Position numbers and translations under genes: made by a program. Below the pieces are notes generated by a model, which saw only the letters and a list, made by a program, of their open reading frames with translations, did not search any database and was not told where the DNA came from. From NCBI RefSeq assembly GCF_009914755.1, contig NC_060936.1: DNA of 64,000 bases; one strand, 5' to 3'. Positions 38,522 through 52,858 of this stretch are shown here, piece after piece; the stretch's first letter is position 1, and each line of letters opens with the position of its first letter. Origin of the DNA: the human T2T-CHM13v2.0 reference genome, Homo sapiens.

Positions 38522-41278
38522 CTATCCCTTTGCCTGGAGTACCTCTACATCGTTAGCTCTACTCTTCCTCCAAGTCTCATCTTTGCTAATCTTCAAGAAA
38601 TTTTCCCTGATCCCCTTACAGGTTTGATCAAATGCTCCTCCTCTATGCTCCCTGGCATGGCCCTTATATGAATGGCAATTGTGTATGTTTGTCCATGTCC
38701 CCTGATAGAATATGAATTCCTTATGGTGTAGGTGATACAGAAACAACAACGTCTCTCATTTGTTGTGAGATTGAAATACTGCCATCAATGCTAATAATAA
38801 GGACCATTTCTTGAGTACCTACTTCACACCAACCACTTGTCTATTTGCTTTTCATGTATTATTTGAATGAAATGATATATGTAACATGCTTATAATATCC
38901 TCTGGCTCATAATAATAGGTCACTTAATAGTTGCTGTCCTTGTTATTTGTAGTAATATTAGCTGATATCTAGTGAATGATCATTACAGGCTAGACCATGT
39001 TACGTGTTTCATTGACTCATTTAATTACTACCACTCAGTAAGTTAGGGATTATTATTCCATTTCCCAGATGGCAAAACTGAGGTCCAGAAAGAAATCACT
39101 TACCGTAGTTTACACAGGTCAATAGTGGGGGAACCAAGGTTTAACACAAGGTCTGTTTAATTCCAAAGCTTGTGAGCATTCTTCTATACCATGCCACCTG
39201 CACCCCCACCATGCCTTACCCAGCAATCTTATATATTTTATAAAGTGCAGAGAGAAGGAAAAGAAAATAAGAACATAGCCCCAAGGCCAGGGCTCTCAGC
39301 AGACAGCCTTTGGAATCAGGCAGTGTTATCAAGAAAACACAAATCCAGCCTGTCCTTGATTAACTTATTCAGAGTTTAGCGAGGAAAGACAACATATTAG
39401 ATTAACGCTAATAAAAATGAGACACTTCTCCGGCCTGACGCTAAACTCATTTTGTTTTCTCCAAGGCTGGTGAGGGCTCTGCTTGATGCAGTGATGCAGG
39501 ACTCAGGCTGTAGAGGATTCAGAGCCCATCATGGCCCGGGAGTGGGAGGGGAGGAGCTGCACCCAGGCTGAGCTGAGGCTGGGCAGGAGTCTGAGTTCTT
39601 TGGTGTAACTGACACCTACCATGTGCCAGTCATTTACCTAGGCCTCTCTAGGTTCACATGGCCATGTGAGGGCCTGTACTTTGAGCAGCCAAATCAGGGT
39701 TCAAATCCCAGTTCTGCAACCTGCTGGCTGTGCAGCCTTGGGCAGGTCGCTTCACCTTTCTGACATGCCATTTCCTCTTTGGGATAAAAAGTACTTAACA
39801 TCAGATGGCGTTGTGATGATTACATAAGGTCAATTCAGCATGTGCTCTCTAAGTGCCAGGTGCTGTTCAAAGCATTTACATCTATTACATCACATAATCT
39901 TCATAGTAATGAAGGAAGATAGACACTGTTATTAACTCCATCTTACAGGAGGGAAAGTCAGGCACAGAGAAGTTAAGTAACTTGCCCAAGATTACCCACC
40001 TGGGGGAGGGAGTAAACCAGTATGTGAACCCAGGTGTTGTGAGTCTTACACCTGAACCTTAAGCACTACATCACGTCACTTCTCAGTGTACAGAAAGTAC
40101 ATGCCAGCTATTATTATTATAATAAGCTTGCATACTACCTTAATACATGCCAGCTATTATTATTTATACTGTAATTTTGCAGGAGAAAATGGAGGAATAG
40201 AGGTAATGTGAATTTCCTAAAGTCACACAGCTAATCTGGGGCAGAGCCAGGAGCTGAACCCACTTTGACTTCAAAGGTTGTGCTGCTTCTATTTCCATGA
40301 GATTACAGAGAGGCTTGGGCTGGGTGTGAAGGTGGCCATGGGAAGATTTAGTCTGCATTTTTTTGGAAGGATAGCAGGAGCACCCACTTCCCATCTCCTC
40401 CAGCTGGAGATGCAATGGCTGCAGGTTACTGAGGTGCTCTGTGTCAGGGACTATTTGTCCATATTTTCCTTTCAGCTTCATATCAGGTAAAAATATTGAG
40501 TGCCATTTCACGGATGAAGAAACAGGCTCAGAGAGGTTCAATTATTTGCCCAACATCACACAGATGCCAAGAGGCAGAGCTGACTCCAGCCCGATTTGAT
40601 CAGAGTCCAAAGCCCTTATTCTTAACCACTGGACTTATACTATTTCTTTCTTAAAATATAAGATCTCTAACTCCATTCATTCGTTCATTTATTCTTTCAT
40701 TCATTCATTCATTCTGTATTTATCAAACACCTACTACATGCCCAGATCTTTGCTGGAAGGTGGAGATACAGGAATGATTCAAGCACAGGTTGTGAATATT
40801 CCTCAGAGGAAGAAGCTGTGCTTTTCCCCATTATAACACCTTTTCATTTTATTAAAAGTTCTTCTACAATAAGCCAAAATTATTTCTAATTTGAAAAAAT
40901 AATGGACAATACTAAGAAAATTTAGAAAAGTTTTGGGGGACCCCAAAGGAGGGACCCCATTCAGTCATGGGGTATCACAACTGGCTTTCTGGGAAAGCAT
41001 ATAGGTGAGCTTAGTATGTAGGATCCTTATGCCTTGACCAAAGTGAGTGGTGCATCCCTTCTGCCCTGGGGAAGCCTAGATATGAGCAGGAAATTCCATC
41101 GCCGGTACAAGGAAACCCAGGCAGCACTGGGTGGTCTTCTGGAGGGACCACCTTCCAGTGTTTCAGAGAATCCCCAGAAGGAGAAAAAGTATTTCTTGTG
41201 TCTTCCTTCTGTGCCAGACCCTGTGATAGGCTCAATGCATCAAATTAATGTTACTTAGGTCACCCTTAACAATATCTT

Positions 41279-41761
41279 TGTATTAGCTTTCTCAGGCTGC
41301 TATAACAAAGTATCACACACTGGGTGGCTTGAACAACAGATATCTATTCTCTCACAGTTCTGGAGGCCAGAAATCTGAAGTCAGGGTGTTGGCAGGGCCA
41401 TGCACTCTCAAAGGCTCAAAGGGAGACTCTGTTCCATGCCTTTCTCCTGGTTTCCAGTGTTCCCAGCCATCCTCAGCAATCCCTTGCTTGCAGCCACATT
41501 ACTCCAATCTCTGCTTCCATTTTCACATGACCATCTCCTTTGCGTCTGTGTCTTCATATAGCCATCTTGTTATAAGGACACCAGTCATACTGGATTGGGA
41601 CCCAGCCTACTCCAGTTTAGCCTCATAACAAAATTCCATCTGCCATGACCCTATTTCCAAATAAGGCCACATTCTAAGGAATTGGAAGTCAAGACTTCAA
41701 CATGTCATTTTGTTGGGGTGTGGGTGGGGGGCGGGACAGGGCACACAATTCAGCCTGACAA
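41279..41761 (-). mobile_element. MLT1 (C-like) LTR
   Basis: ggctgctataacaaagt...ctcacagttctggaggccagaa...ttataaggacaccagtcat...ccctatttccaaataagg. Confidence 0.85.
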
Positions 41762-42726
41762 CCCTAGTTGAATTTTTGCTCCCACTTTTCAGGTGGAGAA
41801 CTGCACCCCGAAGAGCTTGAGTAATATTTGAGGCTACTGCAGCATCATGTGTGGGATTTGAACCCAGATCTGGTTAGATCTGGTTGACTCCAGTACAGCA
41901 TGAGGCCTCCTATTCGTGAATCTGTTCACAAACTATAAATCAGAGGCATACAAATTAGTTCATGTCTAGCTACCCTTTTAACAAATCACCTTCATTGAAG
42001 AGAGCAAAATTCCATGAAAAGATTAATTGTAGCAAAAGAAAAAAGTAAAGGAGGAAAAAAAACTGCCACCAGGAGGGTTCTTTTCAGATGCTGGTTTCTC
42101 TACTGGAGATAAATAGCCCAGCTGGGGTGACTTTGCCATTTCAGCAGTCTTCAGACCGCTGTGGAGATGAGCTGATAGATTGTGTGAACTTGGCCATTAA
42201 TCCACCCTCAAGTGGCCTGTGATTTTGTCCCTGTTTTACATATCTGACCTCCTGTCTCCGAGAGATTCTGCTACCACAGCAGGATTTGAAGGTGGAGCCC
42301 TGAGGAACGGCTGAAGAGGATTTTAGCGGGCTGGCAGTAACCACGCTAATGAGCTCAGAAGGGTGAAACAACTCTGAGGACAGGGACCATGGTTGTATTG
42401 GTCGCAGCCTGCACCAAAGGTCCGTGGGAAAGGGGTCACCAGATCTTTCCCAAGACAGGAAGGAAACTGACTCAATATTGATATCCTGATCCATGGAGCT
42501 CAGTCCATTAATCAGGCCGTGATGCATAACATGCCTGTGTTTTCCAAAAGCATTAATAAAGGACCATGTATCTTCCTCTCCCTCCTGTTGACAGATAAGG
42601 AAACAGAGGGTCATTCGTTCATTCAACAAGTCTTTGAGCACCTGTTGTGTGGGACATCTCAGCCTGATGCCTGGTCTGGTGGGAGGGTGAGGAAGGGGAC
42701 AGAGCACCATTTAAAAGCCCAGGCTT

Positions 42727-43079
42727 ATAAAAAAAGAATAAGATCATGTTTCTTGCAGGAACATGGATGGATCTGAAGGCCATTATTCTTAGCAAACTAA
42801 TGCAGGAACAGAAAACCAAATACTGCACGTTCTCACTTATAAGTGGGAGCTGAGTGATGAGAACACATGGACACAAAGAGGGGAACAACAGACACTGGGG
42901 ACTGTTTGAAGGTGCAGGGTGGTAGGAGGGAGAAGAGGTGAAAATATAACTATTGGGTACTACGCTTAATACCTGGGTGACAAAATAATTTGTACAACAA
43001 ACCTCGTGACACGAGTTTACCTATATAACAAACCTGCACATGTACCCTGCACTTAAAATAAAGCTTAAAAAGAAATAAC
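42727..43079 (+). mobile_element. 5'-truncated L1PA (old, L1PA13-16-like) with 15-bp TSD
   Basis: ttctcacttataagtgggagct...aacaaacctgcacatgtaccc. TSD TAAAAGCCCAGGCTT at 42712-42726 and 43080-43094. Confidence 0.9.
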
Positions 43080-46000
43080 TAAAAGCCCAGGCTTTGGGGA
43101 AGATGGACCTATGGTAAAAATCCCAGATCTTCTCCCAACGAACCACCCCACTTCCCAGCTCCATCCTCCTCCTGGGCAGGTCTCTCTGGGGAGACATCTC
43201 CTCCCAAGACATCTCCTCCCAATCCTGGACTCAGTGTGGCATATAGGAAGGGGCAACTTTGAATAGACAGACCTGGACATGGATTTGGTCTGAGACCCTC
43301 ACTGTGGGGTGGACTCGGGCAAGTTGCTAAGCTTGAGTATCAGTGTAGTAGTTAGTGCTCCCCCTACCCTGGTGCCAAGGGACAAAAATCCACCTTGAAC
43401 TAGCTTAAGCTAAAGAAGAAAATGCATTGTGTCATGTCATCAAACTACAGCAGTGGCTCTGCTGGACTGGATTTTTTAAATGAATAATTGGTGGTCTTCT
43501 TCCTGTCACTCTCATCTCTGCTCTTCTATGCCTTGGCTAGTTTGTTCTCCTACACAGATTGGCCTTGGTGCCAGGGACTGGGCTGGTGGTAGCTCTGGGG
43601 TTATAGCACCTGGGAGAGGCAGATTTCTTCCTCCCAGCTTTACTCTATCAGAATGCAACAAATGGGTCATGTGTCCTTCCTTGAAGCAAACACTGGCTGC
43701 TGGGATGGACAATATGATTGACCTTGCCAAGGTCATCATGTCTCCTGTGGTCAGGGAAAGTAAGGTCTGCTGATGGAAAAACCTATCTAGAGCAAATGCT
43801 TTGAAGGCACAAACAGTCCACTACAGTCCACCCCTTCACTCCATGATGGACACGCAATGGACATGCCCACATACATCTTTACTCCCATTAATTTGCTTAT
43901 AAAAATCTTATCTAACATGATCCACTGTTCCATAGGTAGCCGAATGTGCCTATCCTTACCCTAAGGTGAAGTCATCCAAAGTCCTATCACATCCAACTTC
44001 AAGCCCAGCATTTCTGCAGCATGAGCATTCCTCCCCTTCAGGTCTTGGGGTGGCCAAAGAGAAATGAAACTTCCTCAAGTGTAAGATGGTTGGAGGACAG
44101 ACCTGGGCTTTAATTTGAAGTGAGATGCTACAAGCTGTAGGAACTTGGGCAGATGACATAGGTTCCCATTGCATTTTGAAAAGAGGAAAAGCGGAAGTAA
44201 CATGAGTAGTTACCAGTCAGAACATACACCATATGCCCAAACTAAGATTTGCTTCTAAGGTAAACAGATAGAAGAGTCACTATGATCAGTTGCCTCATCT
44301 CTAAAATGGGTTCATAAGAAGTTTGTGAAGATTGAATTTTTAAAAAATGAGACATGGCCCACAGTAAAGTAGATAGCACGTAGTAGGTGTTCAATACATG
44401 ATAGTTTTGTCTCCTCTGTTTCTGTCTTTGTCTCTCTCTCTCTCACACACACACAGACACACAACCTGTTGATCTGCTGACAAAAACTTCAGGCCACCAA
44501 AATAAACCAAACTTTACCCCCTCTCTTCCCTTCCCTCTCTCTCCCACCCTACTCCATCATCCCTCCTTCCTTCCTTTCCTTCCTGCTCTTTCTCCCTCCA
44601 GCTCCCTGTATTTTTCCCTCTTGCCTATCCTACAATGCATCTTTAGACACTCAGTCCTCTAGGGAATGGCTGAACTGAAGTTAGTGTGCAGCCCTTGCCC
44701 ACGTGGCCACAAAGTGCTTTCTCCCAGCTCAGGTGTGAACAGCATTCGTGCCCCAAGTCAAGGGCTGTGACTCCATCTGTGGTGGGAGGGGCGCGCGCTG
44801 TTGAACAAGCACAGAGACAAGACCCGGGCTTCTCCAGGGTTGTCACTGTCTGGTGTGCCTGCTCCAGGGAGATGATGCTTCTTTTAAAGATGGACTGTTC
44901 TTAGTCCAGCAAATCACCTCTGTCTTATGAAGGAAATTCAAGGTGATCAGGTCAAGACACATCTCCAGCGGGGCTGAAAAAATAGTGCACTTAGCAGAGC
45001 CGTGTTCAGGGGAATGATTGCTCAGTAATGAGCCTGCATTCTCTGCTAGATCCTGCTCTCCCCACAAGGAAGCAAGGAAAGAAGCTCAGTTTAAACCAGA
45101 CAGCTGCCTAGCCAAGGAAGTGATTAAGTGGCATTTAGTATTTTCTTCAATCATTCCCTATAAGGGACATTTAATTCCAAGTGCTGGCTGGATCCCCGGT
45201 CTAACCTCCAGTTACTGATTTGGGGGTCTCATAGACCTGGATTTAAACATTTATTCTGTGAACAATTAGCTATGGGTCTTAGGGAGGCCACTTCACCTTT
45301 CTGGGCCGCTGTTAAATCATCTAAGATAAGAGCATGACAATGTCAATGTTCTCCACTTCACATGGGGGCATTACAAAGATCCCCCAACTCAAAAAGCAAG
45401 CAGTTCAGAGCACAGGCTCTGAAACCAGATTGCTTGGCTTCAATTCTGAATCCACACATATGAACTGTGTTACTTTGAGCAAGTGACTTCTCCGGGCCCT
45501 TTTCTCTTCTGTATACAACGGTAATAATATTCTCATAGGATCGCTGTAAGGATGCAAGGAGACAATGTATGTAAAGCACTTACCAAAGTGAATGTCCAAA
45601 TAATAATAATAATAATCTTAAAAAACATATGGGAAAAGACATTATAAACTGTGAAGTGCTATTTTCATGTATAGGGGTTACTATTTACCATAAAGTGCAA
45701 GAAAAATGTTTACTACTTTAAGAAAACTAAGTGTATGATTTATAATTGGATGGTTATTTCACATTATTTACAATTTTCCTTTGAATGGAAACATTCACCT
45801 TGACCCACAATAGAGGCAAACTGTAAAGTACTTTACACAGCACTGTGAATGGCCAGTTTCTTATTCTACTCATCTTAATTTGATGCCTATCATATGCAAG
45901 ACACTATGGTAGAAACTTTTACATAAATCATTCTATTTTAACCTCACTGGATTGTTATTTTTGTTCCTGATTCAAATAAAACTAGGTATCTGAAAGGTTA

Positions 46001-46391
46001 ACTGGCTTAAACTTTCTAGGCCCATGCTAGGAGGTAAACGAAGTGAAATGAGGACCTAGACCTTGAGATAGCTAAGTCCAGGGCACTTTCCAAAGGAAAA
46101 ATATATGTTTTAAGGCAGCTTGTAGAGATAGCAACATGTTGTCAAATGTTAAGCCTTTTAGAGCTGTCTTAATGCAAGAAATAGGAAGCTCTGTTTGGTG
46201 CTTAGGGAGTGGCCTTGGCTTGGGTTCCTGGATGCCCAGCTGTCACCAGGTGACCTCAAGGGCTTGGCTGCAGCCCACAGAAGGCTTCACTCCTCTCTAT
46301 TGGTCTCCGCTGCCCTGATTAGACCAGGTTCTGCCAAGACAAATGACTTTCACTCTCTCATTTCTGCCCAAAGGAAGGACTTGACATTAAA

Positions 46392-46406
46392 AGGTCAACA
46401 AGGTCA
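46392..46406 (+). promoter_or_regulatory. Perfect nuclear-receptor DR3 element
   Basis: AGGTCA-ACA-AGGTCA; the first half also forms an NBRE (AAAGGTCA). Confidence 0.35.
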
Positions 46407-46494
46407 CATAACCAGAGACACATTGGTGAGGCTTCCTCCTGTAACCCTTGCAGCTTTGTCCCCAGCCACCTTTGACGTTTTCCTTTCCCCAAAG

Positions 46495-46609
46495 CCAAGT
46501 ACATCGGCTGCTACCTGGATGACACCCAGAGTCGGGCCCTTCGAGGAGTGTCCTTTTTTGACTACAAAAAGATGACCATCTTCCGTTGCCAGGACAACTG
46601 TGCTGAACG
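46495..46609 (+). CDS. WSCD2: WSCD2 coding exon 2 (115 nt): N-terminal half of WSC domain 1
   Basis: Branch-like tttgac, then ttttcctttccccaaAG acceptor. G+CC continues the frame: AKYIGCYLDDTQSRALRGVSFFDYKKMTIFRCQDNCAER. Donor CG|GTAGGG at 46610, phase 2. The YIGCY...C...C pattern is typical of WSC domains. Confidence 0.95.
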
Positions 46610-47542
46610 GTAGGGTCCCAGCATCCCAGACTTGTCCATTTCAGGCCCTTCCTTCTCAGATTCCCACCTGTGGTATTCTTTGCCCTGCTATGGGAGGGTG
46701 TGTTGAAGGGTGAGCACGTGACCACAGGAAAGGTTGACGCAAGGGTGTGTGTGCATTGTGTGTATGTGCATAAGCACATCCACACAACTGAGGACTGCTC
46801 AAGAGTTGGTCTATGGGAGTCTGTGGTTGTGCAACTGTGTCATATTGTGTCTAGGAACAATTTTGTAGCATACAGGGTACAGGGTCAGCTAGCTGTGTTT
46901 GTGAGCTTAATGCCAATATGCAATGATCTTTAAATAATAGTGGCCGTGTATGCAGGAGTCTTTGTGAATATGTGTGCAAGGGCTGAGAGTTGTGCTTGTG
47001 TGTGTAGGTGTCTGATTGCATTTGTTGAATGTTCAACAGTGTGTTGAGAGCATGCAAGGTTGTGAAGAATTGCACACAACTTAGAAATGCACCATTAGAT
47101 GTGCATGTGCATGCAGATGAGTAAGCATAAGGCTTGCAAGATGTCCAAATGAAGGGTAAGGTGAAGGTATCTAATAGTTTCTCAATATATAAACTCCTTG
47201 TTTTTCTCCAAGGGAGAAACACTTGCCTGTTCAGACAGTGTTTTCCAATCTAAGAAGACAACGATGATTTTTATTAGACATGCACTGGGACTAGGGGGGA
47301 GTGAGTTGATGTTTTGAGAGTGGACAAGTCCCCAGAGGCCTGGTGAACAGGGACAGGACCCCTGGGGGCACCATGGGGCTGAGCTGAGCTTCTCTCCTTG
47401 TTTCTTGGGCCCCTTGACCTTGTAGTGGCTCATGAAGAGGCTCTAATATGCTCACCTTCAGGCTCCAGGTGGCTGTCTCTGACGGTCACAAGCTCTGCCA
47501 ACCTCAGCTGCATGCCTGGTGTGGAAATGGGCAAGTGGATGA

Positions 47543-47892
<350 letters not shown>

Positions 47893-49924
47893 CCTGCTGT
47901 TCTTGATTAGGAAACACTGTCCCCTTTAAAATCAGCTGCCTAGGGAGCCCACTATTAAAATCCTGAGCCCAGGACCCTCTCCAATTTGAAAAGGATTCCA
48001 AGTCCTTGATAATATGAAATCACTAACTTATCTGTCAAACTTGGGTGCAGGGGGGCGGGGGAAACAGAGGTGCATTCTACACAGCCCCTGGCCTTAATGA
48101 GCTCACAGCCGGCAAGGGGAGACAAACATGTAAACAGAGAGGGACAACATAGTCAGATAAGGGTTGAGATGGAAGAATCGCAGGCAGTTAGACATGCAGA
48201 CAAGGTCTAAGCTGCCTGGGGTGAAAGGAAATACTTCTCAGAGAAGGTGTCAGCCAAGATAAGTCAGAGCTACTCATGTAATTCAATTTGGTTCAGCAAA
48301 TATTTGTTGACTGCCAGTGGGTGCTGGACCTGATTCTAGGTGCTGGAGATGAAGAGATGAGCCATCCACAGCCCTGTCCTCAGGGGGGCTTCCCATCTGG
48401 TTGGGGAGATAGAGGCATGAACAATAGGCTTGGGCAATAGAATAACAACAGTTTATAACAGTTAAAAAGCACTTGTTCTGTGCCAGGCACTGTCTGAGCA
48501 TTTTGCAAATATTAACTGTTTAACTTCACAAGACCCCTATGAGGCAGGAATGCTATGAGCCACATTCCACAGATGAGGAAACCAGGGTACAGAGACATCA
48601 AGTATAATGGGTGCTGGGGTGGATGTGCTTTGCAAGGTGCAGGAAAGTCAAGAAGATGGAAGGGATGGAGGGCTCCATGTGGAGGGTTTAGGAAGAGTTA
48701 TCACAGTGAGACCATAAGCTGGGTTTTGAAGGATGAGTAGGAGTTTTCTAGGTAGGGCAGAAATAACAGCATGCTCAAAGGCCAGGACTCCTGAAATACA
48801 CTGAAACACTCAGGGTGCTCAGGTAGGCAGCATGGGAGTACACAGAGGGTACAAAGGGAGTATCAGGAGGGGAAGCCACAGAGGTGTTCAAAGCCCAGTG
48901 AAATGGGGACTTGAAAGCTAACTAAAGCATCCAGATTTGACCAGGAGGGCAATGGGGAGCCACTGCAGGGTGTCTATCAGGGAAGTGGTCTACATTCATT
49001 CCATGAATGTGTATTAATCATCTGTCATATGCCAGGCATTGTCCAGGGATAGGTGGGCAAGACCCACAGGGTCACTGCCCTCCTGGATATTATATTCTAG
49101 AGAATAAGAACAAAAGCAATTTACAAACTACATTAAAAATCACTAATATCATTTCAAAAGTGATGAGGGTGTCTAAAGATATTATATTCTAGAGAACAAG
49201 AGCACAAGTGCTCCCTCAAGCCTCTTTTATGGGTTTTCCTGAACCTCAGTTTTCCTCCATCTCAGGTTTTGTCCTTCCTACTCCCAGAGCCAGAGCAAGC
49301 AATGCTCTTTTCATTTGTTTACAGAGTGGGGTAGCCACTAAGCGTCCTTTTTAGGAAAGGATTCCATCACTATGAAAAATTTCAAAAAAACTTGAAAACC
49401 TTGCAGTGCCTGGATTTTTATTTTTAGGAATAAATATTTCCTTGGTGAATGTGTGAGCTCATTTTTGTCTTCTCTCGAAGGGGTGTGAGAGTCCCTGCCT
49501 CCCTCATGAGCTCCCTGTGCCTCTTCCCCTCACCCTAGCTCCTCTCAAGGGACAAGGAGGCACCATTCCTGGGTGATATTTCCAAGAATAAAGAAGCTGG
49601 ACTCTGGAGAGATGAATGTCTCAGGTTTCCAGACAGGGAAAAGCAAGAAAGAGAGTGGGGTAGGGGAGACCACAGGATCTGGGGTGTGTGTGTGTGACAG
49701 GTGTACCATGAGCAGGTGTGTACAGGTGAGTGTGAATATGGACATGGTGTGTCTATGTGAGTAGGTGTAGAAGGGTGAAGATGAAGGCAGGTGGATGGTC
49801 CCTGGGTGTTCCTGTCCCCTCCCTGGGTCTCTATGTCCTCTAGGGGCCTCCCTGTATTCCTTCTTGGCTTTCCTGCCTCCACGCTGCCCCACTGCAAGGC
49901 CAACTCTGCAGCCTCCCTGACTCC

Positions 49925-50290
49925 TCTTAGGGTCTCCTTATCCCAGACCCAGATCCCCCTGCCCCATGGAGCATGCCTGTCTCACAGATCTCCTGGAGTC
50001 TCCCTGCCCACCTCAGGGTCTCCCCTGCCCTCTTTCCAGGGTCTTCCTGTGTGCTACCTCCCTAATCTCATTTATTTGGTGTCCCCCTGTCTCCCGAAGG
50101 CCCCCATCTCCCAGGTCTCCACAATGGGTGGGTCTCCTGTCCCCTGAGGTCTCTCCTGTCCCCTGGGGTCTCCCAGTTGCCCCAACCTCCCATCAGCAGT
50201 CTCCCCATTTCCCCTGGGATCTCCTGGTCCCCAGAGCCCTCCCATCCCCCAGGTCTCCATGTTGTGTCTCCCTGCCTCGGGGTCTCCATG
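49925..50290. repeat. Degenerate C-rich (GGTCTCC-like) tandem region before WSCD2 coding exon 3
   Basis: Roughly 15 GGTCTCC/GTCTCC variants at irregular spacing of about 15-35 nt. Confidence 0.6.
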
Positions 50291-50326
50291 GTGGCAGCTA
50301 CCCTGCTTGACAGCAGCCTCCCCCAG

Positions 50327-50511
50327 GGGTTACCTGTATGGCGGGCTGGAGTTCGGCGCCGAGTGCTACTGCGGCCACAAGATCCAGGCGACGAACGTGA
50401 GCGAGGCAGAGTGCGACATGGAGTGCAAGGGCGAGCGAGGCAGCGTGTGCGGCGGCGCCAACCGCCTCTCTGTCTACCGGCTGCAGCTGGCCCAGGAGTC
50501 GGCCCGCAGGT
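50327..50511 (+). CDS. WSCD2: WSCD2 coding exon 3 (185 nt): C-terminal half of WSC domain 1
   Basis: Acceptor cctcccccAG at 50325-50326. CG+G continues the frame: GYLYGGLEFGAECYCGHKIQATNVSEAECDMECKGERGSVCGGANRLSVYRLQLAQESARR. This completes 8 Cys and includes an NVS sequon; the exon is CpG-rich. The 3' end (T|GTACGT) was chosen because the recalled protein continues ...ARRY. Confidence 0.92.
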
Positions 50512-51444
50512 GTACGTGAGTCTGCCCTGCCCCTCTCTGCTGCTCCTCCCTCAGCTGCAGCCCTTGCCCACCAAAGAGTCCCACATGTCTGCCCTGTACC
50601 CTCCATGGCTCCCCATCACTCCAAGGCCACCACCGTCCTGCCCCTGCCTCACCTCTCCCAGTCCCTCACAGAGCCCTTTGCCCCAGCTCCTTTGAATGGT
50701 CCTGCATGCGCTTTTCTCTCCCTCCCACTGAGCTGCGTCTGGTTCCAGCTGTATCCCTCATTCTCACCAGTCTTCCTCCTTCTGAAACTGAGTTGGAGCC
50801 TGAGCCTCGCCTTCCCATCCTGATTTTCTCAGAGCAGACTGTCTCTAATGATGATGATGGTGGTAATGGCAATAGCAAACACTTTGTCCTTTTCTCCATG
50901 CCTCATATAGAATAGCACATCTAATCTTCACAATGACCCTTGACATAGGTACTATTATTTACTTATTCCCATTTTACAGATGAGGAAACTGAGTCTCAAT
51001 GTCATAAAGCTTGTAAGCAGCAGAGAATTTAAACCGACTCTGGAGTCCTTGATGCTTTCAAAGAGAGAATTCATCCTGGCTTTTTCAAGCTTCTGGTTTG
51101 AGTCTTGTTGGAAAATCTCTCTGATTTCCAAACCAACAGAAGGAGGGAGTGAATAAGAGGACAGGAGCTGGCTCCTTGTCTGAGGGCACTCCTGGGTCCC
51201 CTCCTGGGGACTGGGGAGGAATGTTTAATGACAGCTAGTAACTATTTATAAATAATCTGCTGTATGCCAGGCACTGTCCTAAGCCAATTACAGACCTGAT
51301 TTCATTTACCTTCCCTACAGCCTTTTCAGGTAATTACTGTTGTTCATTATCCCCAACCAGTCCAAGGTCACATAGCCTAATTCCAGATGACCTTAAGACC
51401 TATGAGAAGAGTTAATGGGCTTGATAAAAGATGGGGGGTGCTGA

Positions 51445-52168
<724 letters not shown>

Positions 52169-52677
52169 TCAAATCCCATATTTTTGAAGCTCCATTCAAG
52201 CTTTGCTGTGCAATAGGGTCAAGCATGCGGTCAATTTGCAAACTGGCTGGTTTTTCCAAATTAACTGCAACTTCCACCTCCCCATAGTCACATCAGTTCA
52301 GGTATGAAGCCCTAGGAGGGCAGAGGGCAGAGGACAGAGGTAGCATGTGAAATCCAGGCCAGAGAATGTCCATAGAGTGGCTTTGTGGTTTGGCTGCTAA
52401 TATTATGAGTTTTTAACTTAGTGGCAGATTTGTCACCTTTACAACTGATCGCCTTTATGTCAATATTTATGTTATGTTATTTTGATAGCAACATTTGGAC
52501 CATCTGAAGAGATGACCTGAAAGTCAGGGATATTTATAGGGAAAGCTGCTGCCAGTAACACATCCTAGTGGATGAAGCTGAGACAGATAACAAGAATTGG
52601 ACTGTGTATGTCATTAGCCAGACACTAGCCAGACCTCCTTTTGGTTAATGTTCAGGTTGGCTGAATAACCTGGACAC

Positions 52678-52796
52678 ACTCTCTCTCAATATCTCTTTCT
52701 CTCCTCTCTCCCCTCTCTCCTTCTCCCCACCTCTCTCTTCCTCTTTCTCTCCCCCACCTTCCTCCCTCTCTCTTCCGCTGTCTCTCCACCCCCATT

Positions 52797-52839
<43 letters not shown>

Positions 52840-52858
52840 TTCAGACACACACACACAC
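52678..52858. repeat. CT-rich tract followed by (CT)n(CA)n compound microsatellite
   Basis: Directly visible. Confidence 0.9.

Noticed and set aside
40461-40492. Possible 11-nt microexon or recursive splice site (ttcAG-cttcatatcag-GTAAAA)
   Set aside because: Weak donor within MIR-like sequence; such matches are common by chance.
41715-41741. G-quadruplex-like G-run cluster
   Set aside because: An expanded G-tract inside an MLT1 LTR; common, with no functional support.
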